From Alkalispirochaeta sp. (lineage in GTDB: Bacteria; Spirochaetota; Spirochaetia; DSM-27196; Alkalispirochaetaceae): a stretch of 64,000 nucleotides of DNA. Every line of letters begins with the position of its first letter. Position 1 is the first letter of the stretch. The notes beneath the pieces are model-generated. The model saw nothing but the letters and a program-made list of their open reading frames with translations. It had not been told where the DNA came from and made no database searches. Location: contig CBDESZ010000018.1 in NCBI GenBank assembly GCA_965242725.1, positions 256,001 to 320,000 on the forward strand, read 5' to 3'. The translations under genes were made by a program, and so were the position numbers. Shown here one piece after another: positions 1-11,592 of this stretch.

Positions 1-28
1 GCACCTGATCAATCCCTTCATACGAAAT

Positions 29-670
29 TTATCGGTCAAAGATGCGTTGTATCTGACCGGAGATCGTCTCCACATCCAGGCTGCCGTCAATACGGTGTAC
101 GGCGATCCGGTCCAGTGCTTCAAAGTCGGAAATCACCTGCCGGTATACTTCCTCAGCCCGTTGCTGGACGCCGTCCGTTTCCAGGGAATCCCTGGTGGCG
201 CGCCCTTCAAGACGCCGCAGAGCCGTTTTCCTCGGGGTGTCGATAAATATAAGGTGTTCCGGCAGAGGAAATTGATGGTTCAAGGTTTCAACGGATTCAA
301 AATCGGCAAAAGCTCCCTGGTAGGCGAGAGAGGAAAAGAGATACCGATCGGAAATGACGGCTCGTCCCCCCTCCAGGTTACTCAGAATTCCCGTGTCGGG
401 ACGATGAAGGTGTTCATGCCGGTCCGCCGCAAAGAGAAGAGCCAGCGTCCACGGCTCGGCAAACTCGGGACCATTCAAAAGGGCTCGTATCGTCCTGCCC
501 GTCAGGAAGTCGGTCGGCTCACAGGTAAAAACCGCTTCCGAATTCCCCGCTCCGGGACTGTTCAAGTGATCCCGCAGCATTTTTGCCTGCGTTGTCGTTC
601 CTGCACCGTCCAGACCTTCAAAGACGATAAATCCGGGCAGCACGGGGTTGTCCCAGGGAAGTGTAAGCAT
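29..670 (-). CDS. tmk: Thymidylate (dTMP) kinase
   Basis: P-loop FEGLDGAGTTTQ, CEP, LLFAADR and ISDRYLFSSLAYQG motifs. Start placed at ATG 670 (MLTLPW) with GGAGAGG upstream, rather than the ORF-track start at 772. Confidence 0.92.
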   Translation of the reverse strand: MLTLPWDNPVLPGFIVFEGLDGAGTTTQAKMLRDHLNSPGAGNSEAVFTCEPTDFLTGRTIRALLNGPEFAEPWTLALLFAADRHEHLHRPDTGILSNLEGGRAVISDRYLFSSLAYQGAFADFESVETLNHQFPLPEHLIFIDTPRKTALRRLEGRATRDSLETDGVQQRAEEVYRQVISDFEALDRIAVHRIDGSLDVETISGQIQRIFDR

Positions 671-737
671 CGTGATCGCCTCTCCGACTTTGTGATAGCA
701 TACTGTAGCATGGAAGCAAGTTCGAATCGAGTATGAC

Positions 738-3700
738 GTGAGACGATACGACCGCCTGAGCCACACCTTCATATCCTTTCTCTTTGTGACCCTTGTCGTA
801 TGTACCGTGTTCGGCGCCCGGTTCTATACGGAAGTCATTGAAGAGCGTATACGAAGCGTGAGGAGCTCCATTCTTGCCTCCGTCCAGGAACGTACTGCCC
901 AGGAGATTACATGGGAGGCGATCTCACCGTCGATCCTGCGTTCCGTAACCTTTTATGGAGTGTCGATCTCCCGGAATATCACCGCCCGTCGCGTATCGCT
1001 TGGTCTCAACTATGGAAATATCATTCGGCGAAACGGGGAAAGTCCGATTTCGTCCGTCGTCATCGCCGAGGCGTTTATCAACCTCACCGCCGAGCGACAG
1101 TGGAATCGTCTTGAACGGACGGCAACCTTTGCAACCTCCCTCGGTCCGGTTACCCCCGACCTGACGATCCGGTTTCGCGACTCCCATATCATTGCACAAC
1201 GGGATGAACAGGAAGTCAGGCTCAGCGGAATCGACGGGGCAATCGAACTTTCACGCGAAGGCACCATCCGGGGTGATATCAGCGGGCAGGGGAGCGTCGC
1301 CTCCAACGGGGCAGAACAGTTTATCGCGGAGAGCGACATCACCCTCTCCTTCAGACGCTCCGGAGCGGATACTCCCCTTGAAGGGTCCGTCGACCTGCGG
1401 GAGATCCGCAGCTCCCATTTCAACCTTCAGGATCAAAGCTTTCATGTAGAAACGACAACCGATGGAGTCGTGGTACAGCGGGTAAAGAGCGCGACGCCCC
1501 TGGATCTCACCCTCCGGTATAACGGCGGGGATGGAGAAATACGGGCCGAAATTACCACATCCTCCCTCGTCCCCGCTCAGATAGTGACGCTTCAGGGACC
1601 ATGGGCGGACGCGGATCGCTGGCTTCACAACCCGGTGTCCGGTTCCGTTGACCTCACCTTTCACGAATCCGGTGCATTTCTTTCAGGATCGGGAGAAATC
1701 GGGACGAGAATCTCCCGGCCGGACATACTCCCGGCACCGGTGGGAATACGCGTATCATTTCGAAGCGACGGACAGACGACTGTCTTTCCCTCAGCCACCT
1801 TGTACGGTGCGGAAGGAACGATCACCTTTGAGGGATCATATCGGAACGGTGACCTGGCACCAAACGGGAGAATATCGGCCTCCGGATTTCAGTACGCCGA
1901 TTTCCCCGTCATATCCGGCGCCGCGACGGTCAGCGGCGGGACCTCCCGGGCGGGTTTTTCCGCTGAGCAACTGCGCGTCGACGATTCCTTGCTGTATCAC
2001 CTCGTCGGTTCCGTGAGCGAGAACGATAACGGTCGAAAGTCGCTGGAAGCATTTGCAGCGCTTGACTCCGAGGGGACGCGAACAATTCGGTCAAAAGTCA
2101 CATTTGCCGATGTGGAGGACTTCACGGAGAGATCACCGTCATTGCGGTCACCCCGACGATCGCCCGCAATATCGCCCGGGCGGCGGGGGTCAGCCTGGAT
2201 ATTCCCGCTCAGCTTGACGCCGTCGAGCTCACCGCATACGCCCGTTTTGACCGCAGAGGCGACGAAGTCACCGTGCGCTTTCCATATGTTGTCATGACCG
2301 ATGCGCTGTCGGAAGACCGCATGGCGACGCTCAGGGGCTCATACCGGAACGGATTCATCACAATTGAACAGTATTCCCTCCGCACCGTGGCAATAATGGC
2401 CGACGGCGAAGGAATCGTCGACGTCGGTGTCGACGGTTCCCTGGATTTTCAATCATCTCTCAAGGTCAACGGCATCGACTATTCCTTCCGCGGTTTTTAC
2501 AACCCCCGGGAGAGTCTCATCCTCACCGGCCCCTACGGCGTCCGGGTCCGCGCCGTCCGGACAGCCGGAGGCGGCATCCGTGTCAATGCGGAAGCGACGG
2601 AGGTTCCCCTTCCGCGAGGAGATGCCACCGTTTCCACAATCGTCGAGGGACTGTATCTGTCGCCCGACGACTGGTACGTCACCCTGCAGGAGGTCGCGTT
2701 CCGGGACGTACCGATTGAGGCGGGACTGACCGCTGATGCGGATATGGCGGTGTCGATAAATGCCGACACCATTGACATGGCCGTCCTCAGGTACGACGAC
2801 GGAGTCAGCACCCTGGCGGGTACGATGCTTCTGGAATTTGCCTTTGATCCGACCGTCGAAATTCGCGGAAACGGACGTCTCAGCTCACCGGACGGTACTG
2901 AACAGTACCGCATCGTCGGTCGATATCACGAGGATACGATCGCCGTGGACCTTCGGTTTGAACAGGCTCCGCTTCGACGCGCCGTTGAAGATGTGGAGGA
3001 GGGAACGATATCGGGATCGGTGCAGATTGCCGGCAACATGACGTCACCCCAGGTTCGGGGTACCGTCGAAAGTGAAACGTTGCGCATCGGTGATCAGAGT
3101 GCACGAATTTCGACACGCTTTTTCCTGGACGATCAGACGATTGAGATCCGCGATACCGACCTTGTGGCTGCGGCACGGGAGATGCGTGTGGATTCTCTCA
3201 TATTGGAGCGCGATACCGGCTTCATCACCGGAGAACTCAGCGTGCACAGGGAAGAGACAAGCGGCCGTATTGATATTTCGGTCGCGGGTCAGACCGATCC
3301 ACTCACGGAGTTCGACGCCCGTTCCTGGGACGAACTGTCCGCAACGATGTCGATCAGGACGACCTCCTATCCCTCGACTCGCCGAAATGCCGCGATATCC
3401 ACAACGGCCGAGGTTCATGAGTATTCCCTCGTAAAAGGTTCCGGACGCACGGATATTCAGCGCAGCGACGGCGGTATCAGGGCGGTGATTTTTGACGACA
3501 GCACCTTCAATTTGACCGTTCAGGATCCCTTCCCGGTACGTGGAGAAGCGAGAGGGTCATTCCGGAACGGTGAGGTGGAACTCACCGCCGCGGGAATATT
3601 TGTCGATCTGACGGAGGTCGATGTACCGGTATCCGACGCGGGAGTAACCGTCATAGGTGGTTTTGCCGAGGGATCGATCCGGGTGATCGGTCCGGTTGGG

Positions 3701-5020
3701 AACCCCGATCTGTACGGCACCCTGAGAATCTCCAATCTGGAATTACGGTCTCCCTTCTCTCCGGATACAATCGGTCCCGTGGACGGCGCGTTCATTCTCG
3801 AAGACAAGGTGATTCGCGTTCCCGAGATCCGAACCCATGTCGGGAACGCCGCGGTCTCTCTCAGCGGCGAAATGCTTCTTGATCGATGGACCCTGCAGGA
3901 GTATCGGATCAACGCGAGTATTCCCGGACAGACGGGCGTCCATATCGTGAACACCTTCGGCCCCGTCAACGTCGATGGTTTCGCCCGGGGGGAGATATCG
4001 TTCTCCGGCAGTCCCGGCAACATTGTACTTGACGGCGATCTGAGTATGTACAATACCGAGCTGGGAGTCATCCCGCTGGCGGAACGGGAAAACCGGGAGG
4101 TTGCCGTCAACACCACCCTCAATCTGGTACTCACCACCGGGCGGGGCGTCCGCTTCATTTGGCCTGCCGCGGATTTTCCCGTCATACGCAGCAACTTCGC
4201 CATCGACCAGGAGGTGGAAATCACCCTCGACACCGTGGAGGAGCAGTTTGGTCTCACCGGGACGGTGGAAATTCAGAGCGGCGATGTTTTTTACTTCGAT
4301 CGCAACTTCCTTATTCGCGACGGAAGGATCGTGTTTCAGGAGAACCAGGATCGTTTTGACCCACGCATAACGGCGAGGGCGGAGTTGCGGGAGGTGACCA
4401 CCGACGGCCCGGTACGGATATACCTCGTCGCCGACGGTCAGCGTCTCAGCGAGTTCAGCCCCCGATTTGAATCCAATCCCCCTCTGGGCGGGACCGAAAT
4501 CGTTTCAATACTCGGTGGAAACATCTTTCAGCAGGGAGCGGACTCGGGTACCAATCTGTCGGCGGCATTACTGTCCACAAGCGACATTGTGACGCAGTTC
4601 GGCGTCTTTCGAGAGTTTGAAAACAATGTACGGGAACAACTTGGCCTCGACCTCTTTGCCATCCGGACAAGCGTCATCCAGAACCTGCTACTCTCGGCAA
4701 TCGCTCCTACCGACGAGACGGCGGCGCAACTGGCACCGACGCTGGGAACATACTTGAACAACACTTCCATATTTGCCGGTCGGTATATCGGGGAATCCGT
4801 ATTTGCTCAGGGCATTCTTCAGATGCGGTCCGCCGATATGGCCCGGCCTGATGAAGATGATGGAATTCAGCGCCTCGGCGGGGTATTGATTGATTCAGAA
4901 ATTAGTTTAGAATGGCAAACACCATTTTTCATGCTGGAGTGGAGTCTTTCTCCAGAAAATCCTGAGGAGCTGTTTATCAGAGACAACACGTTCACTTTTT
5001 CGTGGTCGTTTACCTACTGA
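738..5020 (+). CDS. tamB: TamB/AsmA-like (DUF490) translocation and assembly module protein, ~1430 aa; split by one frameshift near 2126
   Basis: N-terminal membrane anchor, long beta-rich body, DUF490-like C-terminus, directly upstream of bamA. The frame of ORF 2273..5020 is open back to GGA GAG ATC at 2126, so adding one base in ACGGAGAG joins the two ORFs. Confidence 0.8.
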
Positions 5021-5038
5021 ATACAACAGGGAGCTTGA

Positions 5039-7564
5039 ATGCGAATATTGCGCTACGTCCTGCCGCTCATGCTGGTAGCGGGCACGGTCCTGTCACAGAA
5101 CAACACCAATTGGTACCTGAACAAACCTATCCGAGGAATCGAGTTTTCCGGTCTGGAGACGGTGCGGGAAAATGAACTCTCGCCGGTGATCGCACCGTTT
5201 GTGGGAGAAACGTTTACTGAACCGACCTTTCTGGAACTTCAACGCCGCCTCTACGCACTGGACTATTTTGAGGAGATCATTCCCAATGCGGTTCGGCCTC
5301 CCGACGGCTCGGAAAACGCAGTCATCCTACGGTTCGACGTCGTTGAACGACCGGTGATCACCGCGATAGAAATTCGCGGCAACGACAGCCTCGGCCGTAA
5401 CCGCATCCTCGATGTCATTCTTCTGAAACGGGGCGATATGGTCACCCGAAGCAAGATGCGCATCGACGAAGAGGCGATCCGTTCCCTCTATCTGCAGCAG
5501 GGATATCCGGACGTCCAGGTTTCGTCGGAACTCATCGAGGAGGAAGAAGGGGAGGAGACGATTGTCAGATTCATCGTCGACGAGGGCCGGCAGATCTCCA
5601 TAGACACCATCTCCTTTGTGGGTAATGAATTTGCCGCGGATTCAACGTTGCGCCGGGAGATTCAGCTGCGCGAACAGAGTCTTTTCAACAAGGGACTCTT
5701 TGAGGCCCAGAAGCTTGAAACCGATCGCAACCGGATCCGCCGCTACTACAACCGGGAAGGATTCATAGACGCTGAAGTGGTGGAGGTGGAACAGGAAATT
5801 CGGCCCGATGACTCCGGTGAAGGGCGAAATCTCATGGATCTCACCTTTTATATCGAGGAAGGTGACCGCTACACCTACGGCGGCGTCACCTTTACGGGGA
5901 ATACCATTTTCTCCGATGAAGAGCTCCAATCCCTCGTGCGGGTCACCGAGGGGGAAATCCTCGACCTGACCCAGTTTGACCGTGACTATCAGCGTATTGC
6001 CGACAGGTACTACGAAAACGGGTACATTTTCAATCAAATCACCCGCCGGGAAATTCGGAATGAGGAGACAAATACCGTCTCATTTCAGATCAATATCGTA
6101 GAACGAAACCGGGCACACATCGAGAATATCGTTATCCGGGGTAATGACAAGACGAAGGACTACGTCATAGAGCGGGAACTGCCCCTGGAAGTGGGCGACG
6201 TCTTCAGCGCTACCAAAATTCGCGAAGGACTGCAGAACCTGGCAAACCTCCAGTATTTCTCGGCGATCTCACCGGAAACGCCGCCGGGCAGCGCCGAGGG
6301 ACTGATGGACCTCGTGATCAACCTGGAAGAGGGCAATACCGCGGAAATCGTCTTCGGTGTCGCCTTCGGCGGCAATCAGGAGTTTCCCGTTTCCGCCCAG
6401 GTACAGTGGCAGGATCGCAATTTCCTCGGCCGGGGCCAGACTTTCGGCATCCAGGGCACGGCGTCGCCAATCACACAGACGCTGAGTTTCAATTTTCTGG
6501 AGCGATGGCTTCTGGGCAGGCGCTGGTCCGGTGGACTCAACCTTTCTTTTGATCGAACGGTGGTGAGCAATGTACCCCAGGATGCACTCTATCCCTACGG
6601 TGTACCCGATCCCTTTGAAGACACCGACGATTATGAGGATACCACGGACATTCCAGAAGACAGCCTCATGAGCTACGACGCCTACAGCATCGGCCTTGGC
6701 GCGAGCACGGGGTATACCTTCCGGACTCCTGTCGGGCGTTTTGTGCCGCGAACGTCGGTGAATACAAGCATCAACTACATAACCTACGACGATACCCTCT
6801 ACCGTCCGTACAACGAGACGACCCGGGCCAACCTCAACCGCTGGCGCTTTCGGAACAGCTGGTCCGTCGGAGCCGCCCTGGACAACAGGGACTACATCTA
6901 CAGCCCCTCACGGGGGTATCGCATCGATCAGGGCGTCACATTTGTCGGCGGTTTTCTCTTTGGCGAGCGCCACTACACCAGAACGGATACCACGGCGGAG
7001 ATCTTTTTCACCCTCTGGGATATTCCCCTCGGTGAGTGGGCGTGGAAGATGGTCCTTGGGGCACAGTCAAAGCTCAGTATGATCTGGCCCAACTTCTATC
7101 TTGACGAGGCCAATCCCAGCTATTTTGTCGCCTCTGAAAACAATCTTCTCCGCATTGACGGTATGTTCAATGCCCGCGGATGGGGCTATCGCGGTGGGGG
7201 TGCATCCCTCTGGAACAACTGGATCGAATTCCGCATGCCCCTGGCGGAACAGGTTATCTGGTGGGACACCTTCGCGGAAGGTGCACTCCTTCAGACATTC
7301 ACCGGCGACACAAGCGGAGAGAACGACTTCGACAATCGGGAACGCCTCGTGGAAACTTCACTGCCGGACTGGCAGTTCACCGTGGGTACAGGTATTCGCT
7401 TTGTGATACCCCAGTTTCCCATTCGCCTCTATCTGGCAAAACGCTTCCAGTTTGATGAAAACGGAAACGTCGAATGGCAGACGGGCAACCTCTTTAACGA
7501 CGGTGATCTCACCAGCGGCAAGGGGCTGGACCTGGTATTTACCATTGGCGCGGAGTTCTTCTAA
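5039..7564 (+). CDS. bamA: Outer membrane protein assembly factor BamA
   Basis: Signal peptide, POTRA repeats (IEIRGN, ISFVGN, VTFTGN, IVIRGNDKTKDYVI), DRNFLGRGQ barrel entry, ARGW loop motif, C-terminal Phe. Confidence 0.96.
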   Translation: MRILRYVLPLMLVAGTVLSQNNTNWYLNKPIRGIEFSGLETVRENELSPVIAPFVGETFTEPTFLELQRRLYALDYFEEIIPNAVRPPDGSENAVILRFDVVERPVITAIEIRGNDSLGRNRILDVILLKRGDMVTRSKMRIDEEAIRSLYLQQGYPDVQVSSELIEEEEGEETIVRFIVDEGRQISIDTISFVGNEFAADSTLRREIQLREQSLFNKGLFEAQKLETDRNRIRRYYNREGFIDAEVVEVEQEIRPDDSGEGRNLMDLTFYIEEGDRYTYGGVTFTGNTIFSDEELQSLVRVTEGEILDLTQFDRDYQRIADRYYENGYIFNQITRREIRNEETNTVSFQINIVERNRAHIENIVIRGNDKTKDYVIERELPLEVGDVFSATKIREGLQNLANLQYFSAISPETPPGSAEGLMDLVINLEEGNTAEIVFGVAFGGNQEFPVSAQVQWQDRNFLGRGQTFGIQGTASPITQTLSFNFLERWLLGRRWSGGLNLSFDRTVVSNVPQDALYPYGVPDPFEDTDDYEDTTDIPEDSLMSYDAYSIGLGASTGYTFRTPVGRFVPRTSVNTSINYITYDDTLYRPYNETTRANLNRWRFRNSWSVGAALDNRDYIYSPSRGYRIDQGVTFVGGFLFGERHYTRTDTTAEIFFTLWDIPLGEWAWKMVLGAQSKLSMIWPNFYLDEANPSYFVASENNLLRIDGMFNARGWGYRGGGASLWNNWIEFRMPLAEQVIWWDTFAEGALLQTFTGDTSGENDFDNRERLVETSLPDWQFTVGTGIRFVIPQFPIRLYLAKRFQFDENGNVEWQTGNLFNDGDLTSGKGLDLVFTIGAEFF

Positions 7565-7595
7565 CATCAATCGTTGAAAGCTCCGGGAGGACAAC

Positions 7596-8189
7596 ATGAA
7601 CAGTAAAACGGCTTCATTCAACAATTACGATAGTGCGGGAACGACCCTGCGCCGGCTTCCGAAAACGGGAATTCTTGTGCTCATGGGCGGAGTGTTTCTC
7701 CTTTTGGCGCAATTGTCCCTTCCGGCGGAACAGCTCACCACCGTCGGCATCGTGGATATCAACAGGATATACAACTCATTTTACCGGGATTCCCAGGCGG
7801 TTCGCGACCTGGAACGCGTTCGTCGTGAGTATCAGGCGGAAATCAATGCCCAGGTTGCGGAACTTCAGACCCTCCGGGACCGGCGCGCCCGCATGGCGGA
7901 GCTCGGAAACGACGCCCGGGTTCAGGAACTGGACCAGGAAATCGCGGATATGCAGCGCTTTCTGGAAGACCTGACGCAGCGGCGCCGACGTCAACTGGAA
8001 ACGCGCCAGCAGAACCTTCTCTCCAATGAGTTTCTCCAGGAGCTGCAGGAGGCGATACAGTTTGTCGCACAGAGCGAAGGCTTCACAATCGTGCTTCGCT
8101 CCGACGTCCAGGGACTCCAATGGTGGGCGGTCGAGGTCGACATAAGCGAAAAGGTGGTACAGCGGTTGATTCAGGTGGCGGACCGTTAA
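7596..8189 (+). CDS. skp: Skp/OmpH family periplasmic chaperone
   Basis: Signal peptide, VGIVDINRIY start, long coiled coil, VDISEKVVQRL end; follows bamA. Confidence 0.85.
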   Translation: MNSKTASFNNYDSAGTTLRRLPKTGILVLMGGVFLLLAQLSLPAEQLTTVGIVDINRIYNSFYRDSQAVRDLERVRREYQAEINAQVAELQTLRDRRARMAELGNDARVQELDQEIADMQRFLEDLTQRRRRQLETRQQNLLSNEFLQELQEAIQFVAQSEGFTIVLRSDVQGLQWWAVEVDISEKVVQRLIQVADR

Positions 8190-8235
8190 CGGCAGACAGT
8201 CTGTCGGTGCTTCTATAACGCGGAGGCGGTGACAC

Positions 8236-10836
8236 GTGTCGACGCCCATGTTCGACCAGTATAATCTTCTCAAGTCACAACACCGGGATGCAATACTGCT
8301 CTTCCGTCTCGGTGACTTCTACGAAATGTTCGGCACCGATGCCCGGGAGGGTTCACGTATACTCGGTCTGACCCTCACCCAGCGTCAGGGCAAGCCGATG
8401 TGCGGCGTACCCCATCACGCGGCCCGGGCATACGTCCGCAAGCTCCTTGAACACGGAAAAAAGGTCGCCATATGCGAACAGACGGGTACGCCCGACGGAA
8501 AGACCCTCACCAAACGGGAAGTTGTGGAAGTACTTTCGCCGGGATCGGTTTTTGATACGGACTTCCTGAAACCGGAACAGCACAACTATCTCGTAGCCGT
8601 CGGATCGGTTACCACCTCCTCCGGGGTGGAAACGATCGCCGTGGCGGCGTGTGACGCCTCCATCGGCGAACTGATACTTGCCGCCCACACAGTCGACACC
8701 GACAGGGACGCGGTGATCCGTCGGGAGCTGGAGCGGCTCGACCCCGGAGAGCTGCTCGTACAGGAGTCTCTCCTGGAAGAGAGCAGGGTTCTCTCGGCGT
8801 TGACGGGAGACTCATCGCCCGTCGTAATAAACAGAATTCCCGACTGGGGTTTTGATATTTCCGAGTCCTTTCGTGTTCTCACCTCGCAGCTGGACGTTCA
8901 GAATCTCCACGGCTTCGGATTCGAGGCGAACGATCCGGCGCTCCTCCCCGCCGCGGCGATTCTCGAGTATCTCAACGACAACGCCCACCATTCGCTCCTG
9001 CACATCCAGGAGGTGCGCAAGCATATTCCCGAAGAGATCGTCGTTCTCGACGACGCGACGACACGGAACCTTGAGATCGTCCGGAGCCTGAACGACGGTG
9101 GTGGGTCCTTCACGCTGCTTGGTATCCTCGACTTTGCCAGGACGCCTATGGGTACCCGCAGGCTCAGACAGTGGCTTCTTCAGCCGTCCCGACGAATGGA
9201 TGTCATCGCCGAGCGCCATGAGCGGGTAGAGACGCTCTACCGCCGCCAGCAGGACCTCCAGGCGTTACGGGAGCGCCTCGGTGATGCCTACGATCTTGAA
9301 CGGCTCGTCGGTCGTCTCGGCGTTGAAAAGGCGCACCCCAAGGACCTCCTTGCCATAGCCGCGTCTCTGACGGTGGTCATTGACGTCGAACAATGGACGC
9401 CGTGGATCTCCATAGACGAAGGCGCTCTGTCGCACGTAAGGAATGAAATCTCAACGGCGTTTCAGCCGGACGCGCCCATCGTCCTGCACGAAGGCGGCAT
9501 TTTTCGTTCCGGCTTCGACGAAGAACTTGACCGATACCGGGCGCTCAGGGACGGAAGCAGGGAAATTCTCGAAGAGTATCTTCAGGAACAGAGAGTTGAA
9601 ACGGGAATATCGTCGCTGAAGATCAAGTACAATCGCGTCCTCGGCCACTTCTTTGAAGTCCCGAAGAGCCAGGCCCACAATGTTCCGGAATCGTATATTC
9701 GACGACAAAGCGTCACCAACGCCGAACGCTTCACCACCCCCCGTCTCTCCGAGCTGGAAGAGGAGATTCAGAATGCAGCTTCAGCCGCCGTGGAACGGGA
9801 ACAGGCACTCTTTCTCTCCTTCCGGAAGAGGCTCATGAATAAAATACCCCTCCTTCGCGGCGCCGCAGACGTCCTGGCGGGGGTCGATACGATCGCGTCC
9901 CTTGCCCAGGCGGCTACCGTCCATGGGTACCGGCGCCCCCGCCTCGTCCCGGAAGCGGTTCTGAAGATCACCGGCGGTCGCCATCCCGTTGTGGAAGCAC
10001 ATCTGCCTCCCGGCGATTTTGTCGCAAACGACGTTTCGATCGGAGAAGACACGCCACGTTTCGCACTGATCACCGGTCCGAATATGGCGGGTAAATCGAC
10101 GGTATTGCGGCAGACCGCACTCATCGCACTTCTCGCCCATGCGGGCTCCTTTGTTCCCGCCGACGAAGCGACAATCGGACTCTGCGACCGTATATTCTGT
10201 CGCGTCGGTGCATCGGACAATATCGCCCGGGGAGAATCAACCTTTCTCGTCGAGATGAATGAAACGAGCAACATCCTCAGGAACGCGGGGCCCCACAGTC
10301 TGATCATCATGGATGAAGTGGGCCGGGGGACGAGCACCCACGACGGCCTGGCCATTGCATGGGCCGTCTGTGAACATATCCTGGACCACAGCGTGTCCCG
10401 GACCCTCTTTGCCACTCATTACCATGAGCTCGCCCGCATCAGCCATCCCCAGTTCGTCTCCCTGGGAATGGCCGTTGAACACAGCGGTGAAAAAATCCAT
10501 TTCCTGAAGAAGCTCGTTGCCGGCGCCGTTGACCGCTCCTACGGGGTAGACGTGGCGCGACTGGCTGGACTTCCCGACGGGGTGATCTATCGGGCGCGAC
10601 AGCTTTTGCGTCACTTCGAAGCGTATGGGACCGCACCCGCCGATTCACCTCCCCGGGAGGAGACGACGAGACCCGATGCCGACACGCCGGAACTCCGTAC
10701 CGTGCAGCAGGACGAACTCTTCTCGCCGGCGGAGTTGATTGCCGGCGAAATCGAAGGGCTCCAGCCGGACACCCTGTCACCGCGGGAAGCGCTTGATCTC
10801 ATCTACCGCTGGAAAGAGCGTATTCGACGTGAATAA
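8236..10836 (+). CDS. mutS: DNA mismatch repair protein MutS
   Basis: TPMFDQY, FRLGDFYEMF, Walker A ITGPNMAGKST, GESTFLVEM, MDEVGRGTS, FATHYHEL. Confidence 0.98.
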   Translation: MSTPMFDQYNLLKSQHRDAILLFRLGDFYEMFGTDAREGSRILGLTLTQRQGKPMCGVPHHAARAYVRKLLEHGKKVAICEQTGTPDGKTLTKREVVEVLSPGSVFDTDFLKPEQHNYLVAVGSVTTSSGVETIAVAACDASIGELILAAHTVDTDRDAVIRRELERLDPGELLVQESLLEESRVLSALTGDSSPVVINRIPDWGFDISESFRVLTSQLDVQNLHGFGFEANDPALLPAAAILEYLNDNAHHSLLHIQEVRKHIPEEIVVLDDATTRNLEIVRSLNDGGGSFTLLGILDFARTPMGTRRLRQWLLQPSRRMDVIAERHERVETLYRRQQDLQALRERLGDAYDLERLVGRLGVEKAHPKDLLAIAASLTVVIDVEQWTPWISIDEGALSHVRNEISTAFQPDAPIVLHEGGIFRSGFDEELDRYRALRDGSREILEEYLQEQRVETGISSLKIKYNRVLGHFFEVPKSQAHNVPESYIRRQSVTNAERFTTPRLSELEEEIQNAASAAVEREQALFLSFRKRLMNKIPLLRGAADVLAGVDTIASLAQAATVHGYRRPRLVPEAVLKITGGRHPVVEAHLPPGDFVANDVSIGEDTPRFALITGPNMAGKSTVLRQTALIALLAHAGSFVPADEATIGLCDRIFCRVGASDNIARGESTFLVEMNETSNILRNAGPHSLIIMDEVGRGTSTHDGLAIAWAVCEHILDHSVSRTLFATHYHELARISHPQFVSLGMAVEHSGEKIHFLKKLVAGAVDRSYGVDVARLAGLPDGVIYRARQLLRHFEAYGTAPADSPPREETTRPDADTPELRTVQQDELFSPAELIAGEIEGLQPDTLSPREALDLIYRWKERIRRE

Positions 10837-10842
10837 TGCGGG

Positions 10843-11592
10843 TCACATCGCACCAAGGATCTTTATAACCACCGGTATGGCGATCGTCCCCATCGCGACG
10901 AATCCCGCCCATCCCGAAACGGGCCAGCGCCAGAAGGCGAGGTGACCGCCAAACTGAAAGAGCCACGTCAGGATATAGACGACGGCCAGAGGGAAGAGGG
11001 GCAGTTCCGGGGGCAGTACAACGATGCTTATCACCGTTGCCCAGAGAAACCACCCGAAAAAGTTCTTCATCGGTATTCCCTCATACCGACCCCTTTCGCG
11101 CCATTTCCAGAATCCCCATTTTACAAGATGCGGATCGAGATAAATGTCCCACGCCATGAATGCCCACCCTGCAGCGACCGCTTTGACGACGTGGGGGGCG
11201 TCCGGTATGAGGAGATGTACCGCCGCCCAGGACGGAGGAAGCATCATGAGCCACGCAAGGGGGATTACGACGGGTACCCGGAGGATCTGCGGCTGCAGCG
11301 CATCGGTATAGTGATACGATCCAAAGGGAATACCCGTCCTTGAACCTATGAACTCGGCGAGCCATCCCAGCAGGGGGACGACGATGACCGCCCGCGCGAA
11401 GGCGCCCTGAGGCCACTCTTCGGCAAGGGCGACGACGACAACGACAACCTGAGCCGCCACGCCGGCGGAAATGGCGATGCTGCGATACCGCTTCATCCGC
11501 GAAGGACGTCTTTTCCCGAGACCGGCCACGATGGGGACCGCAGCCATGACGACGAGCCACAGAACGAAGAAGACGATAGGCCAGGAAGTCAC
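10843..11592 (-). CDS. cruF: Carotenoid biosynthesis membrane protein, CruF/DUF422 family (carotenoid 1,2-hydratase)
   Basis: AEFIGSRTGIPFGSYHYT, VPVVIPLAW, AWDIYLDP, GFWKW, YEGIPMKNFFGW; multi-pass membrane protein. Its GTG start overlaps the cyclase TGA (GTGA at 11589-11592). Confidence 0.85.
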   Translation of the reverse strand: MTSWPIVFFVLWLVVMAAVPIVAGLGKRRPSRMKRYRSIAISAGVAAQVVVVVVALAEEWPQGAFARAVIVVPLLGWLAEFIGSRTGIPFGSYHYTDALQPQILRVPVVIPLAWLMMLPPSWAAVHLLIPDAPHVVKAVAAGWAFMAWDIYLDPHLVKWGFWKWRERGRYEGIPMKNFFGWFLWATVISIVVLPPELPLFPLAVVYILTWLFQFGGHLAFWRWPVSGWAGFVAMGTIAIPVVIKILGAM